64,000 nt of DNA from the IMG/VR virus record IMGVR_UViG_3300037484_000445, positions 259,863-323,862 of that record, one strand, 5' to 3'. A model generated the notes under the pieces. That model made no database searches. It was not told the DNA's origin and saw nothing but the letters and a program-made list of their open reading frames with translations. This document shows positions 47,833 through 57,715 of the stretch, in pieces. The translations under genes were made by a program, and so were the position numbers. Numbering within the stretch: position 1 is the first letter of the stretch; every line of letters starts with the position of its first letter. The stretch is from a virus (taxonomy: Duplodnaviria; Heunggongvirae; Uroviricota; Caudoviricetes).

Positions 47833-48404
47833 ACGAACTTCCTGCCTTTTCTTAAGTCCTCAGCTAGGGTTATTCTACCTCCAGCAGTCGTGATTACAGG
47901 CATGAGGCTGTCTCTCAGGGCGTCAGACATCGACACACCCTGAACACGAACAGTCTCGCATATGCTAGTCTCCAAACCATTTTCAACAAAGTAAGCCGCA
48001 TACCCCCACAAGCGGCTCGAAATATCATCCAGGGGTATCACTTCTACCCCAGAATGCTCTTGCACGAAGGTCTGAATCTTCTGTAGTAATTCATCAAGAG
48101 TCTCACATGTTGGCGGATGCTTAGGAGTGGGCATGAGCTCATTCAAAGCATCCGTTATCGTTGTGGGTCGACTGGGGGTCTTTGGACTCACAAGCATGGT
48201 TGACTCGTCCCCGTGGATGTATCCGTCGCAGTACTGCTTGTTAGCAACATCCGTTAGCATGCTAGCCAAGGTAAGAGCCCCGTGAGCACACAAGGTTATG
48301 TCAACGCCCGGACCCCTTACGGCAAGATGCTCTTGGCCTACAGGATGCACCTCAATCGGGAAAGGTTTGTTAGGTACGGCAGCAAACTTGGGTTGTTCAG
48401 ACAC
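47829..48404 (-). CDS. hypothetical protein
   Basis: GTG start preceded by GGTGTATAGGGCCTAG. Confidence 0.5.
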   Translation of the reverse strand: MSEQPKFAAVPNKPFPIEVHPVGQEHLAVRGPGVDITLCAHGALTLASMLTDVANKQYCDGYIHGDESTMLVSPKTPSRPTTITDALNELMPTPKHPPTCETLDELLQKIQTFVQEHSGVEVIPLDDISSRLWGYAAYFVENGLETSICETVRVQGVSMSDALRDSLMPVITTAGGRITLAEDLRKGRKFV

Positions 48405-48411
48405 CTAGGCC

Positions 48412-48864
48412 CTATACACCAGAGGGCTTAAGTGCCTTGCGGATTTCCCGCATCATGTGGGCCAATTCCGTGACCATGTAGTCCTTGATGTCGTCCCGCG
48501 GCGGCCCCCGACGATACTCGAAGGGTAAGTGCGTAGAGGGATCGACTAATTGCACCTGGGGGATCCGCCCTGGTGTGTAGACGTCAAGGATTCTAGGAAG
48601 TGAAGAGAGTTCCTCGAATGGTTTCAACCATAGCCAGCTATGCTCACACATGCCGTAGTAGCCATCCGTGTAAGTCAGATCGGTGAACCGGGCCACAGCT
48701 CGAACCAACTCATGGCAACGAACGGGCGAGCCGTCCCATTCATAAGGCACACAGGCAACGAGTTCACAGGCTTTATTGTAGAAAGCACGTTCTCGCGCTG
48801 TGAATACCTCTTGATAGGCGTACCCTTGAAACTCAAGCACTTTCTGGCACCTTTCCAGTGTCAC
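48412..48864 (-). CDS. hypothetical protein
   Basis: ORF. Confidence 0.5.
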   Translation of the reverse strand: MTLERCQKVLEFQGYAYQEVFTARERAFYNKACELVACVPYEWDGSPVRCHELVRAVARFTDLTYTDGYYGMCEHSWLWLKPFEELSSLPRILDVYTPGRIPQVQLVDPSTHLPFEYRRGPPRDDIKDYMVTELAHMMREIRKALKPSGV

Positions 48865-49042
48865 GAACTTCCTTGAGGATTGCGATGGCTTTGGGCATTT
48901 GATCCGTCTTCACGTACATGTGAACCAACGTAGCAGCCCGAGACAAGGTGTCTTCTTCGGTCTTAGCTGGTTTACCCGCAAGCATCTCAACTAGGGATTG
49001 GGCTGCAACACCTTTCAACGAGATCGTCTTACCTTTTGCCAT
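48833..49042 (-). CDS. small hypothetical protein
   Basis: ATG preceded by GGTGTATATACCTTC. Confidence 0.4.
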   Translation of the reverse strand: MAKGKTISLKGVAAQSLVEMLAGKPAKTEEDTLSRAATLVHMYVKTDQMPKAIAILKEVRDTGKVPESA

Positions 49043-49060
49043 GAAGGTATATACACCAAA

Positions 49061-50134
49061 TCACGCTTCTATCTCGGCTGGGAAGTATCGATTGAACCAA
49101 CGTGAAGCAAATTCCCGGGCGGACTTCAAAGCACTTAGGCTCTCTGGCAGCTTCATCTCTATGTCGTTGCTGGGGCCATACCAAGAGAACTCCACGGTGC
49201 CCAATGAGCCATAACCTGAAGAGTTACCGAAGTCATCAAGGCACCCCAATTTGATTAGGGGTGAGGACGTCTGAGCCTCAACCACTACTAGATGCCCCGC
49301 GTGCTTGTCCACAAGGGTCAATGCCTCCAAGACCCTAGGACAGGGCTTGAGGTCGTTAGCCAGAAGCGCCAAGCGCCTGACCCTGTCACGTTGGACAGGC
49401 GTTAGGGTCTTAGTGTCGTAATGACTCACGCTGAGATGCACTCCGCATCGGGACAACTCGAGAGAAGCCAGCTTGTTCGAACTTCCTTTTTCCTCAAAGA
49501 GAGCGAAGTCTACGTTAGAGCTATCCGATCGCCCCTTAAACATATAGGAACCCTCAGGAAATGTGGCGGCTAAAGCCTCAATTCGTGCAACAGGGCTGAA
49601 GACTACAGGATCCGGGGGAGCGTCGCCTTCGATGATGTATTGGGCGGCCCATGCCTGAAGCCCCGTAATAGCGTCCTTGACAGTGCCTCTAACCAAGTCT
49701 GGATATCGCTCGGGATTGTCGATGTTTACATTGAATCCCTTCAACTCGAATGAAGCTAACACTGTAGAATCTACGTAGACTTCAAAGCTGAAGATCGATT
49801 TCTCTGTGTTGATGTGACAAACTCGGATGTTTTCGGGAAATCGATAAGCGAGATCCAAAGAGGCGTGGACCCGATCACGATTGGCCAGGTTGCCGTCCAC
49901 ATAGACCATAGCTCGAAGCAACTTCTTGTGTACTTCACCTAGGTGATTGACCGTTAGGTTACTGATCCACAATACCGTCGGACTTTCATCGTTGGGCATT
50001 CGCAGGGTGGCCATACTTGCGTTGACGTCTGGCACCCTAAGATTTAGCTCCAACAGGGCATCAAACTGATGAAGTCGGAGATCCTCCGGAAAGGTCTCTG
50101 CAATAGCTTTTGCAACAACATGAAGTCTGGACAT
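49061..50134 (-). CDS. hypothetical protein (357 aa)
   Basis: ORF. Confidence 0.55.
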   Translation of the reverse strand: MSRLHVVAKAIAETFPEDLRLHQFDALLELNLRVPDVNASMATLRMPNDESPTVLWISNLTVNHLGEVHKKLLRAMVYVDGNLANRDRVHASLDLAYRFPENIRVCHINTEKSIFSFEVYVDSTVLASFELKGFNVNIDNPERYPDLVRGTVKDAITGLQAWAAQYIIEGDAPPDPVVFSPVARIEALAATFPEGSYMFKGRSDSSNVDFALFEEKGSSNKLASLELSRCGVHLSVSHYDTKTLTPVQRDRVRRLALLANDLKPCPRVLEALTLVDKHAGHLVVVEAQTSSPLIKLGCLDDFGNSSGYGSLGTVEFSWYGPSNDIEMKLPESLSALKSAREFASRWFNRYFPAEIEA

Positions 50135-50139
50135 ATCTA

Positions 50140-50661
50140 TTACCGTGTGGGGTTGAAGCCTGGGACACCACTACCGTCATAATCGTCAACGCGAGGGACG
50201 TCCTTCGATGAAGGTGCGATTCCCTCTACGCCACCATGTCCATTCGGGCATGAAGCTCCGCTGGGGGTATTTACTTGGGGTTGCTTACAAATCGAACAAA
50301 TGAGGCCGTTTAAAGGCCAGCTCAACGGTGTCTTGTCCCGTGAGATTCCTGAGGGAGGTCTCGAGTGGCGGAGCTCGTAAGGCCCTCCTTCGTAGGGAAG
50401 AAAGGTGATAGTCCAAGACGCTTTCGAATCGAAGTGCCTGACGCTCTCCGCTATTCTCTGCAGCACATAGTAAACGAGATCCCGACCCACCAAAGTCTCA
50501 GGATCCTCGAGACTCAAGAGATCCGGGATCAGGTTCAGATGCTTTTGAATGGCCACCTGAAGCGCTGCCAGGGGGGCCTCTTCCTGGGCTCCTGTGACGG
50601 CCACTTCGAGCTGCAAGAGCGTGTCAGGGGACCGCTGATTGACGTGTACGATCAAAAGCAT
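50140..50661 (-). CDS. hypothetical protein (start moved to ATG)
   Basis: ATG preceded by GGTGTATACCACCCCC. Confidence 0.5.
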   Translation of the reverse strand: MLLIVHVNQRSPDTLLQLEVAVTGAQEEAPLAALQVAIQKHLNLIPDLLSLEDPETLVGRDLVYYVLQRIAESVRHFDSKASWTITFLPYEGGPYELRHSRPPSGISRDKTPLSWPLNGLICSICKQPQVNTPSGASCPNGHGGVEGIAPSSKDVPRVDDYDGSGVPGFNPTR

Positions 50662-50665
50662 GGGG

Positions 50666-50694
50666 GTGGTATACACCAGCCCGGTGTATATCCC
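50666..50694. promoter_or_regulatory. tail-to-tail motif pair GGTGGTATACACC-AGCC-CGGTGTATATCCC in a divergent intergenic region
   Basis: Serves the minus-strand gene 50140..50661 and the plus-strand ATG at 50701. Confidence 0.5.
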
Positions 50695-50700
50695 AAAAAT

Positions 50701-50904
50701 ATGCCTTTCGCTGGAGACGATGGTAAATCGCCGGATGACATGGACCTTGACGATAAACTCAAGGAACTAGCAGACTTACTCGAGATTCGGCCAGAGGTGT
50801 GGGGTGAGTTTGGCCCAACGAAGAGGGGTTTGGCCGCCGTGACCGAAGCAATTCGAAGATTCACTCAGGCACGAAATGAATTGTCAAATACATCGCAAAC
50901 ATAG
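50701..50904 (+). CDS. small acidic ORF (67 aa)
   Basis: C-terminal part of track ORF 50365..50904; the motif lies upstream of the ATG. Confidence 0.3.
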   Translation: MPFAGDDGKSPDDMDLDDKLKELADLLEIRPEVWGEFGPTKRGLAAVTEAIRRFTQARNELSNTSQT

Positions 50905-51310
50905 GTGATGTCTTGGCCCAACCATCCTTCTCGAGGCTGACTACCAAACTAGCTTCTCCGTTGGAGTAGTCCACGAGACGTCCGTACGTATCGGAATTGG
51001 AAATCCGACCCGTGAAGCGCGACCCTGGGTGTTCGTGGGTCAACATCAGAGCTGTCTTCATGAAATGACCCATCGGGGAGCGTTCATTGGCAATGGCCAC
51101 GAGCTCTCCAAACGTTTCTTGTTCCGCCGCAGACCAATACGCCGTTGAGTAGTCGATGAAAGTGAAGTCGACTTTACCCCCGTCGATGATGGTCAAGGAC
51201 AGGCCAGGCTTGAGATCCCATGTGAGAACGACATCTAGGCCGTTCTCTACGATGCTGATGCCAAGATGCCTCTCACGGATAGCCTGAAGACGTTTCTCGA
51301 GTAGGGTCAC
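50861..51310 (-). CDS. hypothetical protein
   Basis: GTG start preceded by GGTGTATACGTAGCAG. Confidence 0.5.
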   Translation of the reverse strand: MTLLEKRLQAIRERHLGISIVENGLDVVLTWDLKPGLSLTIIDGGKVDFTFIDYSTAYWSAAEQETFGELVAIANERSPMGHFMKTALMLTHEHPGSRFTGRISNSDTYGRLVDYSNGEASLVVSLEKDGWAKTSPMFAMYLTIHFVPE

Positions 51311-51735
51311 CTGCTACGTATACACCGCTTCTTTGTGGGCTTCTTGGTTGAGCGAACTTTTGTAGGTTTCTTGGGCGTCGGCCCTAGCACATTGAGGGTG
51401 TTTAGCTGATCGAACATGTCGTCGAGTGCCCGGGTAACTCGATTCTTCCCACGGTATATGAGATTGGTCTGAGTCAGGCCCTCCTCACGAGGGATGTTCC
51501 CGTTGCTCACAGCTTCTTGGACCTGATGCTCGGCGGCCTCGAGTAGACCAATCCCAGTGAGCCAAGAGGGACGGCAGGCGTTGACAGCCCAACTGTGGAG
51601 CTTGTCCCACTCCTCGTCCGTGAGGCTGTAAATCGAGTAGCCTTTCACGAACTTTGGCGGGGCCTTCCCCGTCATGGCCTTAAGGACGTCTCGTATAGGG
51701 TGAGCGGGTCTGTCGAGATAGCTAGGTTCGAGCAT
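51307..51735 (-). CDS. hypothetical protein with basic C-terminus
   Basis: ORF. Confidence 0.5.
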   Translation of the reverse strand: MLEPSYLDRPAHPIRDVLKAMTGKAPPKFVKGYSIYSLTDEEWDKLHSWAVNACRPSWLTGIGLLEAAEHQVQEAVSNGNIPREEGLTQTNLIYRGKNRVTRALDDMFDQLNTLNVLGPTPKKPTKVRSTKKPTKKRCIRSR

Positions 51736-51765
51736 ACCCCCTATACGGTTAGCCGACGATTTTAT

Positions 51766-52167
51766 TTAGGGTACCAGTAGCGTAATCGTGGTTTTGACTT
51801 CTGACGCGATCCTAGCCGCACGAAAGAACTGTTGAAGGACGAGAGCCGCTGGGCACTTGCGAAGAGTCACATGGACGTTGGGTAAAAGCTCACCCAACTT
51901 GCAGACCAAGTCCTGACGAGCTCTAGCTCGTTCCAAGACATGGTTCGTGTAGGGCACCAAACCTGCAGGGTCGACCTTTTGCCAAGAGAAGCTCAAGGCT
52001 TTGACGATGGTCTGGGTGAGCTCCAGATCTATGTCGTACAAATTCTTGCCACTACCGGCCAAAACGTCCAAGAGTAGGTCGGCGGGGTCCTCTTGGGACC
52101 AAAGAACCGTGATTTTCTTCTTTTGCGAAGGCTTGGGGCCTGGCTTGACTCTCATCGGATTGGACAT
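51766..52167 (-). CDS. hypothetical protein
   Basis: ORF. Confidence 0.45.
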   Translation of the reverse strand: MSNPMRVKPGPKPSQKKKITVLWSQEDPADLLLDVLAGSGKNLYDIDLELTQTIVKALSFSWQKVDPAGLVPYTNHVLERARARQDLVCKLGELLPNVHVTLRKCPAALVLQQFFRAARIASEVKTTITLLVP

Positions 52168-52436
52168 ATGCGAGCTTCGAGCTTGGGTAGTAATTGAACG
52201 TCGAACTTGAGAAGGTTCCCGTTGTTGTCGCGTACGTGGATCTCGTGCTTCCGGCCGTGGCCCTTATCTGAAAGCTCTAGGGCGTAGAGTCTGGCAGCAA
52301 ATTCCGGATCCTCACAGAACCAGTTCTTGGAGGGCAGGCCCGTACAGGACTTGGGATTGAAGGCACCTTCGGGCTCGGACTCAATACTCGGACACCAAAC
52401 TTTTGCAGCTAGAACTGGCGGAAGGCTCTTAGGCAT
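52152..52436 (-). CDS. hypothetical protein
   Basis: ORF. Confidence 0.4.
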   Translation of the reverse strand: MPKSLPPVLAAKVWCPSIESEPEGAFNPKSCTGLPSKNWFCEDPEFAARLYALELSDKGHGRKHEIHVRDNNGNLLKFDVQLLPKLEARICPIR

Positions 52437-52443
52437 AGAGCCG

Positions 52444-52956
52444 TTATAGCGCTTTTTCTAAGGTAGCACAGGGTAATACAGCCACTGGAACGTTTCGACG
52501 AGTTCGTCGGACCCTAACTTTTGCGGGAGTCTTGGGAACCTCTGGTTTTAGGTACAAGTTGCTCACGAATCGAAGCCATTCACGTACAACACTAATATGC
52601 TTTTCGGCCTCTTTTCGGGCATTAGGTAGAGCTTCAAGGGCATGGCGAGCTATGTGCTCAGGTGTCTCGTACTTACCCTCAGACCGCACATCTAGTTGAC
52701 CAACTAGCTCGTAAGCCGCAGCGAGTTTTTCTAAGGAGTCGACGGCCTTTTTATGGGCTGCTCGATCCTCAGCATCCACAGCATTCACCGCGGCGTTCAT
52801 TTCTCGTAGAGCCTTTCGGGCCGACTCCCTAGAAGAACAGTCTTCGATGAGATCCCCGTCCCACCACATCTCCCATTTCCCAAAGCCCTTACGACGGATG
52901 AAGCGCTGCTTGTTCCGGTGAAAGTACTCAACGTAGGGCTTTCCGTTGTCGGGCAT
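52444..52956 (-). CDS. hypothetical protein
   Basis: ORF. Confidence 0.5.
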   Translation of the reverse strand: MPDNGKPYVEYFHRNKQRFIRRKGFGKWEMWWDGDLIEDCSSRESARKALREMNAAVNAVDAEDRAAHKKAVDSLEKLAAAYELVGQLDVRSEGKYETPEHIARHALEALPNARKEAEKHISVVREWLRFVSNLYLKPEVPKTPAKVRVRRTRRNVPVAVLPCATLEKAL

Positions 52957-53076
52957 AAGTTAGGTCGGAGGTACACCACCCAAACTGAGCGGGACAGAGG
53001 GGGATGCCTGGATGGTGTGCCTCCTGAAGTTCGTTGTCTGCCCTCAATACGGCTAACCTCACGAGGGATTAAGGGC

Positions 53077-53544
53077 CTAAAACCATTCCGAGTCCGGGAA
53101 GATCTTGACTACGCCATGATCCATGACGATAACCGTAGGGACCGGTCCAGCTTCCCGGAGAATTTTGGCCTCTTCGGGATCAATCTCGCTCAAAAGGCTT
53201 TGGATCCCTTCGCGGCCGGCAAGTCCTCTGGCATAGGGTACCGCCCCAGTGTCCCGAATTGCTTGCCAGTCGAAGCCCGGCATCAGAATGTCCGCCAGGG
53301 CTTTCCCCATAGGGTTGTCCACGTTCAATAACGTGATGATGACGTCGGCCGGATTGAGGCCCTTCTCTTCGATCCGTTTCTCGAAGTATTTGACCCGATC
53401 AATATGCTGCATCAGCGTATTCTTGCAGTTGTGCTTTTTGACCGCTTGGAGAACGGCATACCCTACAGGGTCGTTCAGAACCAGCTTGCCGTCGACGACC
53501 TCAACTGTTGCCGTACAGGAATCTTGGGGGGATGCAGTAGCCAT
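53077..53544 (-). CDS. hypothetical protein
   Basis: ATG preceded by CGGTGTATATACCAACCC. Confidence 0.5.
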   Translation of the reverse strand: MATASPQDSCTATVEVVDGKLVLNDPVGYAVLQAVKKHNCKNTLMQHIDRVKYFEKRIEEKGLNPADVIITLLNVDNPMGKALADILMPGFDWQAIRDTGAVPYARGLAGREGIQSLLSEIDPEEAKILREAGPVPTVIVMDHGVVKIFPDSEWF

Positions 53545-53548
53545 GGGT

Positions 53549-53577
53549 TGGTATATACACCGATTCGGTGTATAACG
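53549..53577. promoter_or_regulatory. tail-to-tail motif pair TGGTATATACACCGATTCGGTGTATAACG in a divergent region
   Basis: Serves 53077..53544 (minus) and the GTG at 53583 (plus). Confidence 0.5.
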
Positions 53578-53582
53578 TCCAG

Positions 53583-54041
53583 GTGACCCAAGAAATCTCC
53601 GATAAACCCAAGGGGTGCCGATGCCCTAACTGTCCGGAACGCCTCGGAACAGGGGTATGTGCCTGCTGCGAAGACCGTCGTCTTAGCGAGCAGTTCCCGG
53701 ACCCACCGGACACGCTCATAGGGGACTCAGCACCCCCCGAGCCCTTCGATAACACCCCCACCGATCCGATAGGGGTCCCTTTTGGAGATCTCACGGAGTT
53801 GCACGGCGTCGAGCCCAAACCTAGGACGCACAAGCAGTTCGTAGAGGCTTCCAAGAGGGATGCTTACCGAAGTTCTCACGAGCACATCAACCAAGTCACC
53901 TTTGAGGACGCTTGGCGGGTCGCCGCACAGCTTGACGCTGGCCTACCCTTGTACCCCCCTGAGGATACCAAGGACTCTGCCAAACGGGCAATCTTGAGCC
54001 TTGCGCGTCGAGTGGTGGAGTTGGAACATGAGTGGAGTTAG
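53583..54041 (+). CDS. hypothetical protein, paralog family D
   Basis: C-terminal SLARRVVELEHEW resembles SLARRVAKLTSQVEAAE in the next gene. Confidence 0.5.
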   Translation: MTQEISDKPKGCRCPNCPERLGTGVCACCEDRRLSEQFPDPPDTLIGDSAPPEPFDNTPTDPIGVPFGDLTELHGVEPKPRTHKQFVEASKRDAYRSSHEHINQVTFEDAWRVAAQLDAGLPLYPPEDTKDSAKRAILSLARRVVELEHEWS

Positions 54042-54372
54042 TCAACCAAGCTTTGAGGTTGCTTGGGGGGTCCTTCGAAAGTTGGATTCCAACCTTCCAC
54101 CACCAGGAGATATTCCAGAATCTGCTCAAAAGTCCCTTCTGAGCCTAGCCCGTCGTGTGGCCAAGCTCACTTCTCAGGTCGAAGCAGCCGAGTGCTATCA
54201 TTGCAATTGCGTGACGTTGAACCCGACCTCTGACATTTGCACGTGTGGTAATGAGCTGTACCCTGTTAGTCGCATCGTTCCTTTAGGTGTCGCCACCGAT
54301 CGACTGACGTTTGGGCCTATGAAGAAAAAGTCGGAACCTTGTGCTACCGGCGAGACTCCTCCAAAATTCTAG
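54001..54372 (+). CDS. hypothetical Cys-containing protein, paralog family D
   Basis: Paralog of the previous gene. Confidence 0.45.
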   Translation: MRVEWWSWNMSGVSQPSFEVAWGVLRKLDSNLPPPGDIPESAQKSLLSLARRVAKLTSQVEAAECYHCNCVTLNPTSDICTCGNELYPVSRIVPLGVATDRLTFGPMKKKSEPCATGETPPKF

Positions 54373-54673
54373 TGTATTATCAAGAACACAAGCTATGGCT
54401 AAGAAGTCTTCTCCTCTCGAACAAGTCAAAGAACTGATCCTGAAGTACCCGAATGAACTCAACCTATCTTGGGAGGGGGAAGAGGGGGAGTTCACGGTCA
54501 CGCTCGGGGACAACACCGGTACCGAATACGGGGAGTTCGCCGTCACTCCTGGGGATCGCACCTGCTTTCTGGTGTCCACCGAGCAGAAGATCCCCAAGTC
54601 GTTCAAGCCAGCCTACGAAGCTCTCTTGAGCCTATCCACCCAGATTTTGGCGAAGACACCGGAGTTTGGATGA
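54341..54673 (+). CDS. hypothetical protein
   Basis: ORF. Confidence 0.45.
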   Translation: MLPARLLQNSSVLSRTQAMAKKSSPLEQVKELILKYPNELNLSWEGEEGEFTVTLGDNTGTEYGEFAVTPGDRTCFLVSTEQKIPKSFKPAYEALLSLSTQILAKTPEFG

Positions 54674-55086
54674 TCCACGAGACTGACGTGGAACTCATTG
54701 AGGCGGTACACGATCCAGCCCTGCACAAGCCTCTCGTTGAGTTGGCTGAGCTCGTGTCCTTTTACTCGGGTCGGATCAAGCTTTGGTACACCATTGACCG
54801 TTTAGTGCAGAATTGGCCTATCTTTTACTGCACTCCCATGGTGGGCCTGTCTATTGTCAGCTGCACGGTTAAAGACTTGGCGTGGTCCATAGCTGCCACG
54901 GTGGTGAGTCTCACGGGTGTGGTCCTCATATCCAGCTGGGCTAAGTGGGGAACCCTTCCGGGCCCTAAACGAAGGGCCAAGTACAGAGAAAAGTTGGATC
55001 GATGTGCGGAGATATCCCACCAATTGATCGACGGAAAGCTATCCTTGGAGGAGTTCGAAGCGGTGATAGGAACGCTTAAGCCGTGA
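54670..55086 (+). CDS. membrane protein
   Basis: ATGA overlap with the previous gene; hydrophobic segments. Confidence 0.45.
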   Translation: MIHETDVELIEAVHDPALHKPLVELAELVSFYSGRIKLWYTIDRLVQNWPIFYCTPMVGLSIVSCTVKDLAWSIAATVVSLTGVVLISSWAKWGTLPGPKRRAKYREKLDRCAEISHQLIDGKLSLEEFEAVIGTLKP

Positions 55087-55388
55087 AGGGCCTCAGTCTG
55101 CGGCTTGACCCTGAAACTGAGGAACAGTTGCGTCAGGATGCCCGGAGAATGGCTCAAGAGGCATGGCACGAGGTTCAGGTCCTCGAGGCTCAATTGACCG
55201 CCCAGCATCGACTGAAGGCTCTCGAGGCCGTATACGGATCAGGTCGAAGGGCCAGATAGAATAGGCTTGCTCTTTTGAGCAAGAGCTGTCAACTTGGGCT
55301 TGTCAGGTTCGGATTTGTGTTTCTTCTGGCAGTTGTGTGGGTTTGGCGTAGTTTTGGGAACGCTTGTGTGAACGAAGGGCTTCGCCTG

Positions 55389-55862
55389 CTAGTGGCGAGG
55401 CCCTTCGCCTTTTGAGCTCACCCGATCGTCAACCCGTGGACTTCGGGGCATCACAGACAAGTCGATGTACATGGAGGCCCCGGTGTGAATTGACCAGGCC
55501 ATCCGCCCATGGGGTTTGAGCGTCGGGTTCTTACCTTCTTGCCCTTCGATGATGATCCCGCCGACCACAACCATAACAGCTTCAACCAGTTTGAAGGGCT
55601 CAACAGCTTCGTCCGTCCATGGAATGGCGACCAGGTCGAAATCCCGGGAGATGGATCCGTGAACCGCAATCGCATAGCCACATTGGCGAGCAGCGTGAAT
55701 TATTGAAGGTAGAACGGATAGATAGCAAAGGGGTCGAAGGCGTAGCCCGTCCTTGTATTCGCGAGCAGCCTCAGCAATTTCGGCATCGTCCATAGCTTCG
55801 AAGTACACCGCCCCAAAACTTTCAAGGGGCCCAAACCATATCGACTCGAACTGTGGCTCCAA
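55389..55862 (-). CDS. hypothetical protein
   Basis: ORF. Confidence 0.45.
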   Translation of the reverse strand: MEPQFESIWFGPLESFGAVYFEAMDDAEIAEAAREYKDGLRLRPLCYLSVLPSIIHAARQCGYAIAVHGSISRDFDLVAIPWTDEAVEPFKLVEAVMVVVGGIIIEGQEGKNPTLKPHGRMAWSIHTGASMYIDLSVMPRSPRVDDRVSSKGEGPRH

Positions 55863-56574
55863 GTTTCTCGAGACTCAGCGCATCACCCCGAACGACGTCC
55901 TCATACATAGATCTGATGAGAACCTTCGGTAATTCACTGGGCAAAACCCCGAAATTCCGAAAGGTCATCTCGAACCGATCTCGCAAGCACTTGTACACAA
56001 CGCTCTTATTTGGACCTATGGCCACGAGGGTGAGTTGGTACTCATCGGGGTAATCGATGCAGTAGTTAGCTTCAAGAACCGTTACAACCCCAGTTCGACT
56101 CTTAAGCAACCCAAGCAAGTGTTGCCTACCAAGAACTCGCTCACCAATACCGGGATCTGGTAAGGGAGTGCCGCATCCGGGGCAATTGGAACCTACGTGC
56201 TTCCAAAAGCTAAAACCCGTGGTTCCCATGCCTGTGTACCAACCAGGTACCGGAGCCCCACTGTTGGTCCTTGAAGCTGGGAAAGGCCACAACCAAGTCA
56301 GGTAGTGTCCATCATCACAACAGGTCGGCCGTGGCCGTTCAACCGCCACTAAGCCTACGCTTTGCCCCACCTCGGGCTCTATTTCAGTACCCTCGACACC
56401 AAGAAGTTCAAGTTGCCACTCACCTGTGGGCGGTCCATAGCAGTGGCTGTTAGGTCCTACCAAGAACGTGGATGCCGTTGAATGTGTTGTGATGAGAAAG
56501 CCCTCATAAACTGAGGGATCCCCTTCTTCAGGTGTGGCCCAATAGAGGCAACCCTCTTTACGTGTGATGTGCAT
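55822..56574 (-). CDS. hypothetical protein (250 aa)
   Basis: ORF. Confidence 0.5.
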   Translation of the reverse strand: MHITRKEGCLYWATPEEGDPSVYEGFLITTHSTASTFLVGPNSHCYGPPTGEWQLELLGVEGTEIEPEVGQSVGLVAVERPRPTCCDDGHYLTWLWPFPASRTNSGAPVPGWYTGMGTTGFSFWKHVGSNCPGCGTPLPDPGIGERVLGRQHLLGLLKSRTGVVTVLEANYCIDYPDEYQLTLVAIGPNKSVVYKCLRDRFEMTFRNFGVLPSELPKVLIRSMYEDVVRGDALSLEKLGATVRVDMVWAP

Positions 56575-56898
56575 TTATGGATCCTGGGCTAATCGTCGAA
56601 CTGAATCCGTAGTATGCCTCGGTTGACCCCACGGGTTTAAAGGCTCCACGTCAGGAAGGCTTTCTACCACCTCCTTCGTAAGCAGGTAATGGAGGACGTT
56701 CTGCATGGCGCCACCTTGAGCCTCGTAGGATAAAGCCATTGCCAGAGCGTTGTAGGCGTTCTCTTGCCCCGCTTCATCGGCTCGATCTCTAGCCTCTTTT
56801 GCCGCTTTAAAGAACCCTGCGACGATTCCTCGAATGTTTTGAACGGCCTCGATCGAAACCAGTAAGGAAGCGCCGGGCACCGTGCTCAAGTCTTCCAA
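56575..56898 (-). CDS. hypothetical protein
   Basis: ORF. Confidence 0.45.
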   Translation of the reverse strand: MEDLSTVPGASLLVSIEAVQNIRGIVAGFFKAAKEARDRADEAGQENAYNALAMALSYEAQGGAMQNVLHYLLTKEVVESLPDVEPLNPWGQPRHTTDSVRRLAQDP

Positions 56899-57404
56899 GG
56901 ATTCACCTTTCTACCCGTGATGATACAGCAATCCTTCGCAGGTCGATCCTCAAAGGTGCAGCTTCGATCTCCCCGGCACTCAAGATAGTACGTCTCTAAG
57001 ATCCTGGTGTGTACATAGGGGTCTTCGTACTCGTAATCGCAATCACCTTTCTCGACGTAGCATCGAACATTCTCGGCCAAGATTGGCTCAAGGCAACGGA
57101 CTTCCCCTCCACAACCCTGACGAAAGATCTCCCCGTGCGTTGAGAGGAGTTCGAACCACAGGTCATTCTTAGCTGTCTGGTAGACGTTGTGTTCAGACAG
57201 AGGCCAACACCCGTTCTCACAATGCTCGTACTTCTTGAGAGTATGCCGATAGGTCACGCTCAAAGAACGTTCTACGGGGTCATTGAACTCGGTTATGATG
57301 TAGGGGCCAAGATCAAAGAAACCCTCTTCAGGCTCGCCGCAAACTCCCACAGCCATGGCTGGACTTGCCGACAGAAAGAGGCTCAAAGTCAGGAATCGCT
57401 TCAT
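56886..57404 (-). CDS. secreted Cys-rich protein, paralog family E
   Basis: Signal peptide MKRFLTLSLFLSASPAMA; shares LECRGD and GDCDY motifs with 57706..58164. Confidence 0.5.
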   Translation of the reverse strand: MKRFLTLSLFLSASPAMAVGVCGEPEEGFFDLGPYIITEFNDPVERSLSVTYRHTLKKYEHCENGCWPLSEHNVYQTAKNDLWFELLSTHGEIFRQGCGGEVRCLEPILAENVRCYVEKGDCDYEYEDPYVHTRILETYYLECRGDRSCTFEDRPAKDCCIITGRKVNPWKT

Positions 57405-57715
57405 TTTTCCCTGGACCTTCGACTCTTTGCCAGATGCTTAAGAAGACTCACCACGGGTATTCCAAGGCCACAGGTCATTACCCCAAGAGCTATCCAATCG
57501 AGTTCGCCGTAGGTCCCCTCTCCAAACATTTCGAGCTTTGAAAGTTTTGGTTGCTCCTTACGTCGGGCTTCCTCCAACCTAAACTCAGCTTCCTCCAACC
57601 TAAGGCATTCAGGGCAAGACGTTATTTCCGGGTCATCCGTAAGACAATCACCCCTAACAAGAAGCGCTCCACACCATGAATCCGAAAGACTCTTCCGTAA
57701 GTGGATCATGGCCAA
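57401..57715 (-). CDS. membrane-anchored small protein
   Basis: ORF with a hydrophobic segment. Confidence 0.4.
   Translation of the reverse strand: MAMIHLRKSLSDSWCGALLVRGDCLTDDPEITSCPECLRLEEAEFRLEEARRKEQPKLSKLEMFGEGTYGELDWIALGVMTCGLGIPVVSLLKHLAKSRRSREK

Noticed and set aside
50365-50904. 179-aa plus-strand ORF overlapping the minus-strand gene 50140..50661
   Set aside because: Its first two-thirds overlap antisense to a gene that belongs to a long co-oriented minus-strand block and has a motif-bearing start. Only the C-terminal 67-aa part from ATG 50701 is retained, at low confidence.
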